Shown: piece by piece, positions 14,201-26,602 of the stretch | How the letters are laid out: every line of letters begins with the position of its first letter | Position numbering within the stretch: the stretch's first letter is position 1 | Source of the DNA: Guillardia theta CCMP2712 | Taxonomy: Eukaryota; Protista; Cryptophyta | Assembly (NCBI RefSeq): GCF_000315625.1 | Contig: NW_005434572.1 | Location: forward strand, 215,389 to 265,613 | DNA: 50,225 nt | Direction of reading: 5' to 3' | Program-made: the position numbers and the translations under genes | Notes under the pieces: generated by a model | The model's database searches: none | Seen by the model: only the letters and a program-made list of their open reading frames with translations | Told to the model about the DNA's origin: nothing

Positions 14201-17200
14201 CTGATGCCGGCACTGGAGACTTCAGTCGCAGTTTGCTTGCCCTCCTCTCCCTCGTCGCTGGAATCCTCGTCGGCCAAGAGCAGCTCTGCCTCCTCCCTGT
14301 CCTTCTCTCCGAGGAAAGCTGCAAACGCTACCTTCTTCAGCTCTCTCTTGATCAAGACGCTCTGGCCGAGGTACCCCGTCAGGACTGTGATGCGATCTGT
14401 CCCATAACCTTGCGCAACCAGGTAGCGGATGAGTGCGATGACGCAGGCAACTTCGTGCATGTTAGTCTTCGAGCCCTCCTGCGTCTGGTACTTCATGTCC
14501 TTGTCTTGGAACTTATCCTCGGGTACTGAATGGCTCCAGAAGAACACCGGAGATACCACTCCGCTCACCTGCGGGTACTGCAGCACTCGATCGCCATCCA
14601 GCAGCTCGGGATAGATGGTCTGCCGGATCAGGTCGGAGATCTCAGGGCGCATGCGGTACTGCCTTCTCAGCACGGAGGTTGGGGTGTCGCGATCTTCAAC
14701 GAGGCGCTCGAACAAGGACCTGTCGATGTCGTAGCCGGACTTGGACTGGACGGTCAGGTCGTAGCAGTTCACCTTGGGGCGAAGCTGCTTGTGGTCTCCG
14801 ATGAAGATGGCATGTTGGATGGAGCTTCCGATGAGCGACAAAGTCTGAGCCTCGAGGATCTCAGCTGCTTCCTGCAACCACGTTACATGGACGAGGAACG
14901 GATGTAGGAGGAGGAGCGCGGAGCGAAAGGACCAGGGGAGGACAGAGGAGGAACAAGGAGGAAGGTGTGCGAACCTCGATGAGAACCACTTGGCTCTGCA
15001 AGCCGTTGATGAGGTCCCGGAACATGCTCATCCCAGTGACTGTGCATCCGACGACGCTGCAGTGCTGCTTGAGAAAGCTCACTTGTTGGGCCCGCAGCAA
15101 CTGCCTCCTCTGCTCGTGGATGTCTGCCAGTCGCTCGTAAAGGGAGAGCCTGATCTCCGTCTGAGACTCTTTGAAGTGCCTGAGGATCATTTGTACGATC
15201 TGATTCCTCGAGTGCAAGGAGAGGGCCCAGATGTCTCCGATCTCAGGCAGCTCCTGGTCTTGATCCACCTGCAACTCCACCGGGTTCTCAGGGAGGTAGA
15301 AGTACCGCAACATCATCGCTTCTTCTCGGTCGCTCTCTGCTGTTGGCCCTCCATTCGTCTTCTGCGCATCCTCCGCCGGGTCTTGGGGCTGCTTTTCGTT
15401 GTCATTGCCGAGGCATGCATAAGTGTTGGAGAACGCTGCTTGCTTGTTCTTCTTGCCCTTGCCTTTCTTGATCTTCACTCGCCTGAGGGGATTGAGCCAC
15501 AGCTGAAGGATGTCTTTCTTGGTGTTGAGCTCGAAGTCAGATTCGCGAATCCAGTTCGCTGCCTCGACCAGACCGTCAAAGATTGACGGAAATTCAATCT
15601 CCACATAATCACCCAACGCCTCCCAAGACAGCTTACGGATGTTGATGAGTTCATCAAGCCTTTCTATCTCGTCTTCGCATTCTTCTTCCTCTGCACGGAG
15701 TCGACCGAACTGAAATCTCAAGGGCTTTGAACGCTGACTGCGGGAGATCGTCTCCCTAAAGCTGTCCAGGGAGTACTCCGTAAGTCGTTCAGATCGTGTA
15801 CGCGTTCCGAGCCGAACAAGTTGGAGGCCCGGGAACTCATCGAGGAGGTGCTCAAGGAACTGATCTAGAGCATGGTTGGTGTAGCAGACACATAGCAGGG
15901 GGCTTCCAGGTCCTATCACTCCGTTGGCCAGCAGCAGCTTGACGATGGCGATGCCAAGGAACGTTTTCCCTGTGCCTGTAACGGTTGTCATCGGCTCAAA
16001 CTCCAGCAGCTCGTCTCACCTGGCGGGCCCTGAGTAATGGCCAAGGATCTTGTCAGCGTCTGCACCAGCGCGCTCGTCTGCTCTGCGTCCAAGTAGCTCA
16101 CACCTTGCAGCCGCTCGATCAGCAAAGCTCTCAAGGTGTCATCCCTGAGATGCTCTGCCGTCACTGCCCGCAGCAAGGGCAGGACTTCCTGCCTCAGCTG
16201 CCAGTCAAGGTCAGGCTTTAGCAGACACTCAAAGTTCCAAACGACGCTTTCAAGGTTCTTGGGAAACACAGGAATAAGATTTTCAGTGCTGAGAGCAAGC
16301 TGAGCGAGGACAGGGGAGATACTCTCATACTCGGTTGCTTGCAAAGTCTGGAGAATACTCTTAAAGCTGTAGAAACCGCAACGAGGATCGATGATGCCGT
16401 AGACTTCGTGTAGGCGTTTGAAGTCCTCCACGTCATAACCTTCCAAGGGCTCAAGTTTGAGTTCCACCTCAATCCGGTTGCACTGTGCATTTTCTTTATG
16501 CTTTGGAGTAATCGAGGTGACCGTTGCTAACCCGAAGCACCTGCTGAAATCTTCTTCGGCGAGTTTGTTCACCCGAACAAGAAGCACAACGTCGTCCTTC
16601 TGGAGGGCTTGGATCTTTCCAGCTTTCCATTCTTGCTCCATCATTGCCTTCTTGGCGTTCTTCAAGGACACAATTTGATCCATCTCGTATCGGTGCACCA
16701 CCCCTGCGATGTTGTTGAAGGCGTAGTCAAGGAAGCGAACATTTCTGAAGACGAAGAAGGAGTGGAAGTTTGAGCTTCCTTCGACATCCATGCGATGCTT
16801 GTCACTTCCTGATTTCTTGTTGAACCAATCTACCACCGCAGATTTTCTCCTACTCAGGTTTTGCATCAGATCCGCCAAGTTTGCGATCGAATCATGCCGA
16901 AAAAGGCGGAAATGAACGTCAAGGAGTCTCTGGATGGAGTCAGGAGCAAGGTGATGTGGAGCAGTCGCTTTGTTCTGTGGCAGACAAGGCGGCTGTTCGG
17001 CTAGCAGCTCATTGGGAGTTGGGATGATATTGATATCCGCGATATCGACTTGGTCGTTGTCATGTCGCCTGCCAGTTTCGTTCAGCTCGCCTGGTCCTGA
17101 GTATGGTAGGAAGATCAACGGGGAGGCGCTGGTTTGCTTCCGAGCTCTGGGTTTAGGCACCTCTACTGGGGCTTGCTTGTCGATCAATGCTTTCAACGCG

Positions 17201-18785
17201 TCCAATGTCAGCCAGGCGTCATGCTTCCGTGAATTGGCGGTAAGTTGAGCAAGTCTCTGTTCAAGGTTGTGAAGCAGTCCAAGATATCTCTCGTGCGTCT
17301 CTTTCTGGGGGAGAATTCGAAGAAATTTCACGGCAAAGAAACAGACTGCGTGCAGCTCTTCAACATCCAATCTTGATGGAATGTTTTCTCTCTCATCAGC
17401 AATCAAGTTCAACAGGCTATCGACGAATTGAGCATTGTAGTTGAAGATTGTCATCAACACATGGATTTGACGATTTAGATGAGGAAAATTTGTAATAAGA
17501 TGCTGACAGCACTTCATGAGTGGTAATAGCACTTCCTTCATAGTACATGCTTGTTCGAGCGGCATAGTTCTGTTAGCTGACCAGACGACGTGCTCTGACT
17601 GGAAGATCTCTTCCAGACGAAGCCTCCCGCCACCATCGGTCAACAAGCCTAGACACCAGTTCTCTTCCTTCACCTGCGATATCTCCTCAACGAAGATGCG
17701 AGCTTCGTTGACGCTCTTGAGAGGTGCACTCCTCATGATCAAGTATCCGAGCTTAGGAGGCAGCGTCCCCTGCTCCCTACGGTTCTGGGGGGTCCTGTTT
17801 TCTTGGGAGTTTCTTGCCTCCCTTTCTGCAACAGTGCGACCTGAATCATTGAAACCACCCCTTCCCCTTCCTGATCTTCTCCCGCTCGAGATCTCCGGTT
17901 CTTCTCTCCCGCTTGAGTTTCCTGTTCCTCCTCCTCCTCTCCCTCTCGAGATCTCCGGTCCTCCTCCTCTCCCGCTCGAGTTTCCCGTTCCTCCTCCTCC
18001 TCTCCCGCTCGAGTTTCCCGGTCCTCCTCCTCTCCCGCTCGAGTTTCCTGTTCCTCCTCCTCCTCTCCCGCTTGAGTTTCCTGTTCCTCCTCCTCCTCTC
18101 CCTCTCGAGATCTCCGGTCCTCCTCCTCTCCCGCTTGAGTTTCCGTTTCCTCCTCCTCCTCTCCCGCTCGAGATCTCCGGTCCTCCTCCTCTCCCGCTCG
18201 AGATCTCCGGTCCTCCTCCTCCTCTCCCGCTCGAGATCTCCTGTCCTCCTCCTCCTCCTCCTCCTCGTCCTCCTCTCCCGCTCGAGATCTCCGGTCCTCC
18301 TCCTCCTCCGCTTGAGTTTCCCGGTCCTCCTCCTCCTCTCCCGCTCGAGTTTCCTCCTCCTCCTCCTCCTCCNNNNNNNNNNNNNNNNNNNNNNNNNNNN
18401 NNNNNNNNNNNNNNNNNNNNNNNNNNNNNNNNNNNNNNNNNNNNNNNNNNNNNNNNNNNNNNNNNNNNNNNNGTTCCCGGTCCTCCTCCTCCTCCTCCCG
18501 CCCAAGTTCGTCCTCCTCATCTCCTCCTCTCCTCCTCCTCCTCTTCCTCTCCTCCTCTCCCTCTCGAGATCTCCGGTCTCCTCCTCCTCCTCCTCCTCCT
18601 CCTCCTCATCCTCCTCCTCCTCCTCCTCCTCCTCCTCCTCCTCCTCTCCCGCTCGAGATCTCCTGTCCTCCTCCTCTTCCGCTCGAGATCTCCTGTCCTC
18701 CTCCTCTTCCGCTCGAGATCTCCTGTCCTCCTCCTCTCTCGTTAGAGCTCCCTCGCCCTCGCCCTCGCCCTCGCCCTCGCAGCAT
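11270..18785 (-). CDS. ZNFX1: ZNFX1-like SF1B (Upf1-family) RNA helicase with NF-X1 zinc fingers and C-terminal RZ-type zinc finger
   Basis: RHDND...IIPTPNEL, Walker A QGPPG|TGKT (intron 15976-16019), CYTNHALDQFLE, Walker B IE|EAAE, IGDHKQLRP, SLFERL, QYRMRPEIS, TIDNFQGEE, NRVNVLLSRAKHG, repeated CGH-x-C fingers. 3' exons 11790-11803, 11482-11566 and 11270-11436 give GVSREDFQQIFKAI...GHWYACPNGHPYVIADCGGAMVTAKCYECGAIVGGEHHRL. The start lies beyond an N gap. Confidence 0.93.
17880..18780 (-). repeat. Coding tandem repeat (about 27-33 bp units) encoding GGGPEISSGR / GGGTGNSSGR at the ZNFX1 N-terminus
   Basis: Units such as cctcctctcccgctcgagatctccggt are in frame with the helicase ORF; interrupted by an assembly gap. 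Confidence 0.85.
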
Positions 18786-18914
18786 TCAATGTCGATGCGT
18801 GGCTTCCTTGCTGAGAAACAATCCCGTACCTTCAGGGAGGGGTCATTTAATCTCGGAATACAGGGGTGTGTAATCCCAGAGGGGTACTTCGATTCGAACA
18901 AAAGTTTTTAGTGC

Positions 18915-19500
18915 CACTGGCAGGCTGCGGCGATGCTCCCCGCCGGGCGGCCACCGGGCCGCCGGGAGTCCGGGAGTCCGAGTCACGGCCCCGGCGCTAG
19001 CCCCCGGCCCCGGGCCCGCCCGGCCAACATTGAACTCAGTTATTGGTACGATGACTCAAGTACTGATCACTGCCGAAGCCCGGGCCCGGCATCGCCGGTA
19101 GTTACAGGGCGAGACTCTCTCTCATGCTTGAACGGCCAAGCCTTACCGTAGTAATACCGAGTCCGACGAAGTCCTGCCCAACGTTGGTCGCCAGACGGCC
19201 GGGTGGCACTAACCGGCAAGGCCCGGGCCCGCCCCGGGCCGGGCCCGCCGGGCCCGCGGCGCCCCAGCCGCCGCCGCTGTTTTGGCAACACTGGGCCACC
19301 GCCGGGCCCCGCTCGACCGTCGGCCAGTACGGTCCCGGAGTCCGATCCGCCGCCAGCGTCGGGTCCGCCCGGTCACTGACGGTCGGACTCCGGGAGTAGC
19401 CTGCAGTGCCCTGGACGGACCGTGCCCGTACCTGGCGTCGGACGGTACCGGCCCGGTAGTCCGAGCACTGGTCTGAGCCTTATCAGTGCTGAGCGGGGAC
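18915..19500. promoter_or_regulatory. GC-rich low-complexity intergenic island between divergent ZNFX1 and RLP24
   Basis: Very high GC, rich in CCGG/GGCC/GACTC; lies between two divergent start codons. Confidence 0.4.
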
Positions 19501-19564
19501 GAGGTCCGAAGGGAATAAAGGAGCACGTGCAAATCAGCGAGGAGGGAGCCAAGGGGAAGACAAG

Positions 19565-20041
19565 ATGAGGTTGGAGAAGTGCTGGTTCTGCTCCTCTACA
19601 TGCTACCCCGGCCATGGCATGACCTTCGTGAGAAACGATGGACAATGCTTCCGGTTCTGCAGGTCCAAGTGCCATAAGAACTTCAAGATGAAGAAGAACC
19701 CCAGGAAGACGGCATGGACCAAGGCGTTCAGGAAGATGAGGGGCAAGGAGATGGTTCTTGACAGCTCGTTCGAGTTTGAAAAGAAGAGGAACAGGCCGCA
19801 AAAGTATGACCGTGAGAAGATGGCAGTAACTCTGAGAGCCATGAAGAAGGTTGCAGAGATCAAAGAGAAGCGAGAGAGGACCTTCATCAAGAAACGTATC
19901 CTAGCAACCAAGAAGACTCACGAGAAGGTTGCAAACCTCAAGGAGCTGAAGCAGAGCATACATGTTCTTGGCCCTGCAGCAGAGAAAATCAAGGAGAAAG
20001 TGCTCTCAAAGGATACCGAGCGCATGCAGGAGGATGCCTGA
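19565..20041 (+). CDS. RLP24: Ribosome biogenesis protein RLP24/RSL24D1 (eL24-like), intronless
   Basis: [57 protein letters not shown]...[16 protein letters not shown]. Confidence 0.96.
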   Translation: MRLEKCWFCSSTCYPGHGMTFVRNDGQCFRFCRSKCHKNFKMKKNPRKTAWTKAFRKMRGKEMVLDSSFEFEKKRNRPQKYDREKMAVTLRAMKKVAEIKEKRERTFIKKRILATKKTHEKVANLKELKQSIHVLGPAAEKIKEKVLSKDTERMQEDA

Positions 20042-20419
20042 TAGAAATGATCTCCATGGCCTTTCACTATCGTTTTTTTGCCTTCAAGTTATCCCAGCAC
20101 GCAGTAGCTTTCAGCTACACATTTCTCTTTCTCTCTCTGCAGAACCCTTTCCTTTCACTGTGCAAACTCTTTTGCAGCTTGTAGGGTGAGCATTGTGATG
20201 AATTCGGGAACGAAAACGCACAAAGACATGTCAGTGGAACTTGACGTGATGTCTGGACTGTAGTTTACGTTGTCACGTAGATGTACAAGTTGATGTAAGT
20301 AGAATCGTAAAACATTCTAGTAGTGCTATGCCTCTCCTTCCTTGCGCACCCTCCCTCTCCACCTCCCTGTTCCCACTACACGTCCGCATTCGGAGGGAGC
20401 CCGGACTGAGTTATCATGG

Positions 20420-22179
20420 CTGGCGAGCCTAAGCGACAGAGATCAGTAAGTATAAAAGAAGTCGAGAACAAACAAGACGAACAAAGACAGACCATTTCTC
20501 CAGTATTGAACTGATTGCTTCATGTACTCTGAGGCGACACTGCAGCCTTCAATGATAGCCTGCTCTTCCCGTCATGAACAAGGTTTTTGGGACGTCATCG
20601 TGACCTCTTTCGCTCGGCCAGTTAAGTTATGCTCCCTCTCATACTCCATGGCCTTGCTTCACCGTCAGACTTGCACCCTTCCTCTCTCCTGCCTCACCTG
20701 CGTGCTCAGATCCTTCATGGTCTCCCATCCTTCTTGTATGGCTGTGACAAACTTTTGACGCAGCTGAAACGCTCACAGTGAACGCGATTGATGCAGCGAA
20801 CGAGACGGAAGAAGAATGCAGTAGCGACGTACCTGATGCTGCCTCTCAAGCTCGATGGCGGAGTAGTAAGCCTTGGAAGCGGCTTCAGCGAGCTTCTCCG
20901 AGACCTGTATCAGGTTGAGCCCAGGTTGAGCCAAGGGACGTCAAGCGGGTTGAGGTACCTTGTACTCCTCTTCCACACGCCGCGCTGATTCAGCTGCAGA
21001 TTTGAATCCATCCACAACCTGATGGTCTATCACTGAGGAAGCGCGGTAGGAGGGGGCGCGGGGTTCACTTTTTCTGACACTTTGTAATCCTCCTCAATCT
21101 TCTTGGCCGATTCGTAGGTTATCTTAGCACCCTCAATCACCTGCCCCATGAGGTCAATGGCGTCTGTGCTCAGCCCGGGCAAGAAACCTTCTCGCTGATG
21201 CGATAGTCTTCTTCGAGCTTCTTGGTTGACTCGTACGCAGCTACAGCCGTCGTTCCTGGGCATGTCGTCAACATGGCCTACCAACCTTGAGAAGAGCGGA
21301 GTCACCGATCTTTGTGGTAATCTGATATTTCTCTTCGAGCTCCTGTGGAATCAAACCGTCAACGCCAAAACTATGTTCCAGGAGACAAGATGCCTTTGCT
21401 TTGCTGATGATGGCAGTAGCGTTCTCCAGACTTTTGGAAGCTAGCGAAGGCTCCTATTGTAGTTTCGCTTCAGCCACACAAGGATCCCACCTTTCATGCC
21501 ACTACCTTCCCAGCTGTTGTAACGACAGGAAGGGTAGAAGAGGGCTCCCAGTCCTTGATGTCAGCCTGAGAAGCAGCCCCTAGGAGGGAAGACGGCATCA
21601 AGAGTGTGACGTTCGTTCAAGATCGGTACCCTCATTCTTGTGAGCATGCTTCGACAACGGGTCTGACGGCGTATCAAGATCGGTGGGAATGTCAGGCAAG
21701 GCATTAATGAAACTCTTCGACTCCAGCACAGCTGCTCGTTCCCTGAGAAAAACCATTCAAACACTCGCACCTTCAGGGACGATCATCCATACTCGTACTG
21801 CTTGAGCTTGTTGTTCAGCGTCTCCTTGTCACGATCTGAAACGCCACCTGCGGCAGAATGAGTCAGATGACAGGCGAACTGAACATGCGGGAAATGCCTT
21901 CTTCTAGTAGCTGTTTCAGGACACTGCAAACTTCTGAATACTTGTCGACCGCGTATGAATGATCTCCCTGAAGGGCAAAACAATGTTCAAACATGATGCA
22001 ACTTGTCAAAGAAGTAAAGTGTCAAAAGTGAACTCACGCGCAGATCAGCCTCTGTCGCTTCTCGGGCCAAAGTCTTGGCCTGTTGCAATACGTCAAAAAA
22101 TAACTTCAACGAGCGGAACAAATTGAACGAGGGTAGACAAATCGATGACTCGTACCCGAGTTTTGAGATCTTCGCTCAT
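20420..22179 (-). CDS. Multi-exon protein with N-terminal MIT domain and C-terminal helical repeats
   Basis: Spliced LQQAKTLAREATEADLR|GDHSYAVDKYSEVCSVLKQLLEE|GGVSDRDKETLNNKLKQYE|ERAAVLE fits the MIT three-helix pattern; later repeats IEEDYKVSEK, VEEEYK|VSEK, LERQHQ|LRQK; 3' end approximate. Confidence 0.65.
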
Positions 22180-22372
22180 GAATATAAAGGAAGCTGATTG
22201 ATGCGGAGAAGTGTTGAGGCTATTTTACAACCATTCCTGTTGAACACAGAATCGCATATTAGACATGGCAGAAATGATTACGTTGTGCAAGCTTTTCGAG
22301 TTCGTCAACCAAGTATTCAAAGAAGCAATTCACGTTTGATTCTTCATACACCTTTTCTCTCCTTTCATCCTC

Positions 22373-23842
22373 CTAACAAGACGCCTGCAAATCCATTCTG
22401 CCTCTGATTCTTTGCATTTGTCTCCCTCTTTTGATTCTGAGCTGCTCCTGCTTCAAAATCTTTCGTTCTCCTCGCAAGCTCTCCTCTCTATCAAGCTCTA
22501 TCTTCTTGTGCGAGACTTGTCGTCTTGAGGTTTTCATCATGTCTCTCCCAGTGTGCCTTTGGTTTGGTTTGATTTCTTCTTTGTTGTTTGCTTTCCCACC
22601 CCACTTTCCTTCATGTGATGTGCCCATGAAAAAGAACACTCATCTGATCTGATCTGATCTGATCTGATGTGGTGTAGTGTGATCTTCTCCTCTCCTCTCC
22701 TATCCTCTCCTCTCCTCTCCTCTCCTCTCCTCTTTCCCTCGCCGCACACCCATTCCAAACTCTACCCCTACTTGCATAACACGATGACGCCATGTTGAGC
22801 ACTTCCTCTTTTACTCAACATATATGAACCGGATCTGCCTCAGCGCATTTTGAGGCCAGGGAATAGACATAGTGCGTGGAGTAAAGCAGTCAATGGAGGG
22901 AGGGAGGGAGGGAGGGAGGGAGGGACAGGTAGGAAGGGCGAGGCGCGAGAGGATGGGCGAAGAAGATGCCATGGGGAAGAGGATGAAAGGGAGCGATCGA
23001 GACATCCATGCCTGATGCTTGTGATAGGCTGACCATGCTTCGATAGTTGTCGATATGGTCGCTGAGATATCCGGAGACAGCTCATCGAAGCTGCTGGAAG
23101 TCTGTACCGTTTCCTCGTGAGCACACCCCATCTTTCATTCAATGTACTCGCCGGCGCACATGCTGGGTGGAGGAAGCAACTCAGGTCACTTCAGCGGCGG
23201 GAACATCGGAGGGTTCGCCAGGTGAGCAGATGCGGCTGATGGGATACACTGGTCTGAACTACTGCTTCCCTAGTGGAGGAGCACAGAGTGCAGGATTTTA
23301 CAGGTAGAGCAGCGATGCTCTCCTTCTCCCTTGCTCCACTCCCCCCTCCCTCCCCCCGTCCCTCCGCTTCCTCCTCTTCCTCCTTCGATTTCCTCGCAAT
23401 CATGACGGGAGCAGCTACAACAGCAACGGAACTTTCAACAGCGGGGGTTCGATAACAGGTGGGGATGTCTCCTCCCCTTATGATCTTGTGGACCAAAACC
23501 TCACCATCGTCATCGTTGATGTGACATTCTTTGCCGATTTCTCCCCGTGTTGCCCTGTCATACACGAGCCTTGCTCTTTCTACAACCTGATTCCGCTCCT
23601 CCCTCAGCCTTCGGCGGACGTGTTCGTGACCCCATTCTGCGGTGGAACAAGCCGGCGCAGAGGTTGACATGGAGGCCTCCTGCTCCCCTCTGACCCTCTG
23701 CAAGGAACGCCCCACATGAGCGGTGGGGGCATGCGGCTGTTTCGATCAGCGAGACGAAGATGCTTGTCCTTGGAGGAGTAGCCAACGCTGTCACAACAGA
23801 TTGGTGCGCTGCTACTGACCCGCTCGTCTTGCTCGCTGACAT
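22373..23842 (-). CDS. Hypothetical protein, multi-exon, boundaries uncertain
   Basis: Coding-like ORF pieces (HVRRRLREERNQVVERARLVYDRATRG; ELDREESLRGERKILKQEQLRIKRGRQ) separated by low-complexity introns. Confidence 0.35.
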
Positions 23843-23985
23843 CTCTCGTTTGTCTTGTCTGTTGACTCACTTCTACTCTCCTCTAGCTACCTCCTTGACA
23901 CTGAGAACTTGACTTGGAGCTTGGTGCAAACAACGGGATCACCTGCTGTCCCAACGTATCACTGCTGAACGAGAATGCTGCTGTG

Positions 23986-26573
23986 ATGGTAACTTGCGCT
24001 CAAAGATGGAAGCACTCCGCTGTGAGGATCAATGGAGTAGTGTACCTGTATGGAGGACGATCAGGATCAAAGTTTATCAGCGAGGTGATGGGAGCTGATG
24101 AATGTTGAGCTACCCTGACATGGCATGTAGGTACACGCACTGAACCTCGACGGTCTCAGCTGGAGGAAGATTGAGGCCAAGGGAAAGATTCCTCCAGGTC
24201 GCTCTCACCATGCGGCTGTGGTGACCAAGGTGGGAGGGTCAGGACATGGGCGAGCTTCCTGTAATGGTTCTGAGCAGGAGGGAAAGATGTTGGTGTTTGG
24301 AGGGCAGGTCGACGAATACTAAAGTTATCTCTGACAACATGTGACGTTTGCGAGATGCAGGTCAGCAAAAAACGCTATGACAATGCTCTTTGGTTGTTCG
24401 ACATCGAAAAAGGCGAATGGACTCAGGTGAAAAGATGCCTCGTCCTCCGCCACCATCAGCATCTCCACCACCACCACCACCCCCCCCTCTCCCTCCCTCT
24501 TCCTTTCTCTTCCCCCCACCCCCCTTTTTGTCTTTTCCCCTTCTACTTCTCCTCCACCTCCAGCCTATTGACTGGTCTCGTGAAGCCCAACTCCGTCGGA
24601 AGCATTCCAAGAGGAAGGGCGGGGCACACGTTGACTGCTATCTGGACGGCAGCCAACGGTGGAGACAGCTACATCATGTTCGGGGGGCACGTCGATCAGC
24701 ATTGCTCGCAGGCAGAGAGCCACCTGCTCCTGTGCTGTCGCTGACGGCAACCCTAGGAGCTCTTCATGCTGTCCAGCGACAAGATGTGCTGGATCAAACC
24801 TGCGTGCGGCGGGGCGCCTCCTGCTCCCACCTCCGGCCATGTCGCTGTGGCGATCGGCTCGTCCCTCGCCATCTTCGGAGGATACTGCTACACGAGGGTG
24901 GGCACGCAATTCTGGTACACGGGGGAGGAGCAAGAGAGGTCAAGGAGAGCTGAAGGTCCCTTGCTAGGAACACCTTGCACATCCTCTCCACAGAGACTTG
25001 GCTGTGGTCTCGTCCGCAGATGACAGGAATTAACCCACAGGCAATCTCTAGCTTCCGCTTTTCCTCCTCGCCCTTCATCTTCTCCTCGCCCTCCTCCTTG
25101 CCCTCCTCGTCTCCTCCGCTCTTTCTCCCCCAAGCCTCAAGCTTCTCCATTTACCCATGGATTCCCCCTCCTCCGATTCCTTCTTCATCCTCCCTTTGCC
25201 TCTCCCACGCTGCTTCACGGCCGGTTGACCTGTCGCAGGGCTGCTCAGAGCACTCTGGAGTTGTAGTCGGAAGTTCGATGTTTGTGTTCGGAGGGACAAG
25301 AGAGTCTGGGGAGGTGAAGGGCTCAAAAGCTTATCGTCCCTCTCCCTCTCCCTTTCCCTCTCCCTCAACCTAAAGCCCCTTTTTCCCGACGCTTTTGACT
25401 CTGCTCACTCTGCGCAAGGCTACGCGGGAGCTGCTTGTTCTCGATCTCTCTAAGGTCAAGGAGGTTGTTCTGCTGCTGCTTTCTGACGCGCATGTCAGCT
25501 GCAAGAGTCCGAGCTCTCCTCGACGAGGAGGCAGGCCGACGGCAGCCATGGTTTCCTCAGCGGAGGACACAACTCAAGCCGCGGGAGCCAAGGGGGAGGA
25601 GCTGGGGCAGGAGGGTGGGGCTTCAGCTCCGGAGGAAACATTTCTACGAGCGGGGCAGACGCGAGCAACGGAGACATGGCGAGATTGCTGGCGAAGATCC
25701 ATCGAATGGAAGATGAGGTGAAGTCATGAAACTTTCTTGTTCTTCTTGTTCTAGTTGGCGGTTTTGTCCCTGTCCCTGTCCATGTCCTCTTGGTGGTGGT
25801 GGTGGTGATGATGATGATGATAGAGGTGTGTGGAAGGAGGTAGAAGTACAGGAGGCAGTCAGGATGATTAGATCACGACTGCTGCAGTTGATTATGGAAA
25901 GAAACAGTCGCATGCAAGTGCAGGAACTTCTCTACACGGAGGTAATGCTTGCTCTCACACCGAGTTTCTTCAAGTTAAAGTTCCTTGCAGAGAGGACTAA
26001 GAAGGCAAGAAGCTGTTCAAATCGCTGAGATGGAGGTAACGCCAAACTTCTCCTGTACATTGACATACTGTTTGATATTTCCTCCTCCCCTTCCCTCGCT
26101 GCTCTCTTCTTCCTCCTCTCCTCTTCCTTCCCCTTCCTCCATCACCTGTCGGCTGTGAAATGCACGTCAGGTCCGATTGAAGCATCTGTGTGGGATGGAG
26201 TTGGAGGACTTAACGTCGGAACAAGTAAAAATTCTTGTTGAGGTCTAGAGGACTGAGTGGTGAATCAGGTGGAGGACTTGATAACGACCATCAAAAGAAA
26301 CTTGTCTGCTGTACAGGTGAAATGCAATCAATTGATTTCTTCTTGTAACTTCACGATCACAGGATCATCTATCATCACGGCACAACAATGTAACGATCTT
26401 TCTCTCTCTCTCTCCCACCTCGCCATTCCAACTTCTCCATCGCATCCTTGCGTTACCCCCGGACCCTGACCAACCTTGTCCCCAGATCACTTTCAGGATT
26501 CAACAGCTGACAGTCGGGTCAATCTCTGCGAACGAGTACGCAAACTGGCTCCTGATGCGGTTGACCGCAAGTG
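23986..26573 (+). CDS. Kelch-repeat beta-propeller protein with C-terminal coiled coil; may be fused to the downstream Fic gene
   Basis: RWKHSAV...YLYGG, GRSHHAAV...MLVFGG, GRAGHTLT...IMFGG, TSGHVAVAIGSSLAIFGG, CSEHSGVVVGSSMFVFGG, then a coiled coil ending RLKHLCGMELEDLTSEQVEDL; GC donors at 24712 and 25041. Confidence 0.85.
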
Positions 26574-26602
26574 AAGCGCAAGTCAATCAAATCACCACGA
26601 GC

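Noticed and set aside
17516-18911. Long Pro-rich (+) and Arg/Glu-rich (-) ORFs
   Set aside because: Shadow frames of the ZNFX1 N-terminal repeat; only the Gly-rich frame joins the helicase
18933-19532. Many overlapping Pro/Arg/Gly-rich ORFs (also 30921-31704 and 45398-45608)
   Set aside because: Expected from stop-codon depletion in very GC-rich non-coding islands
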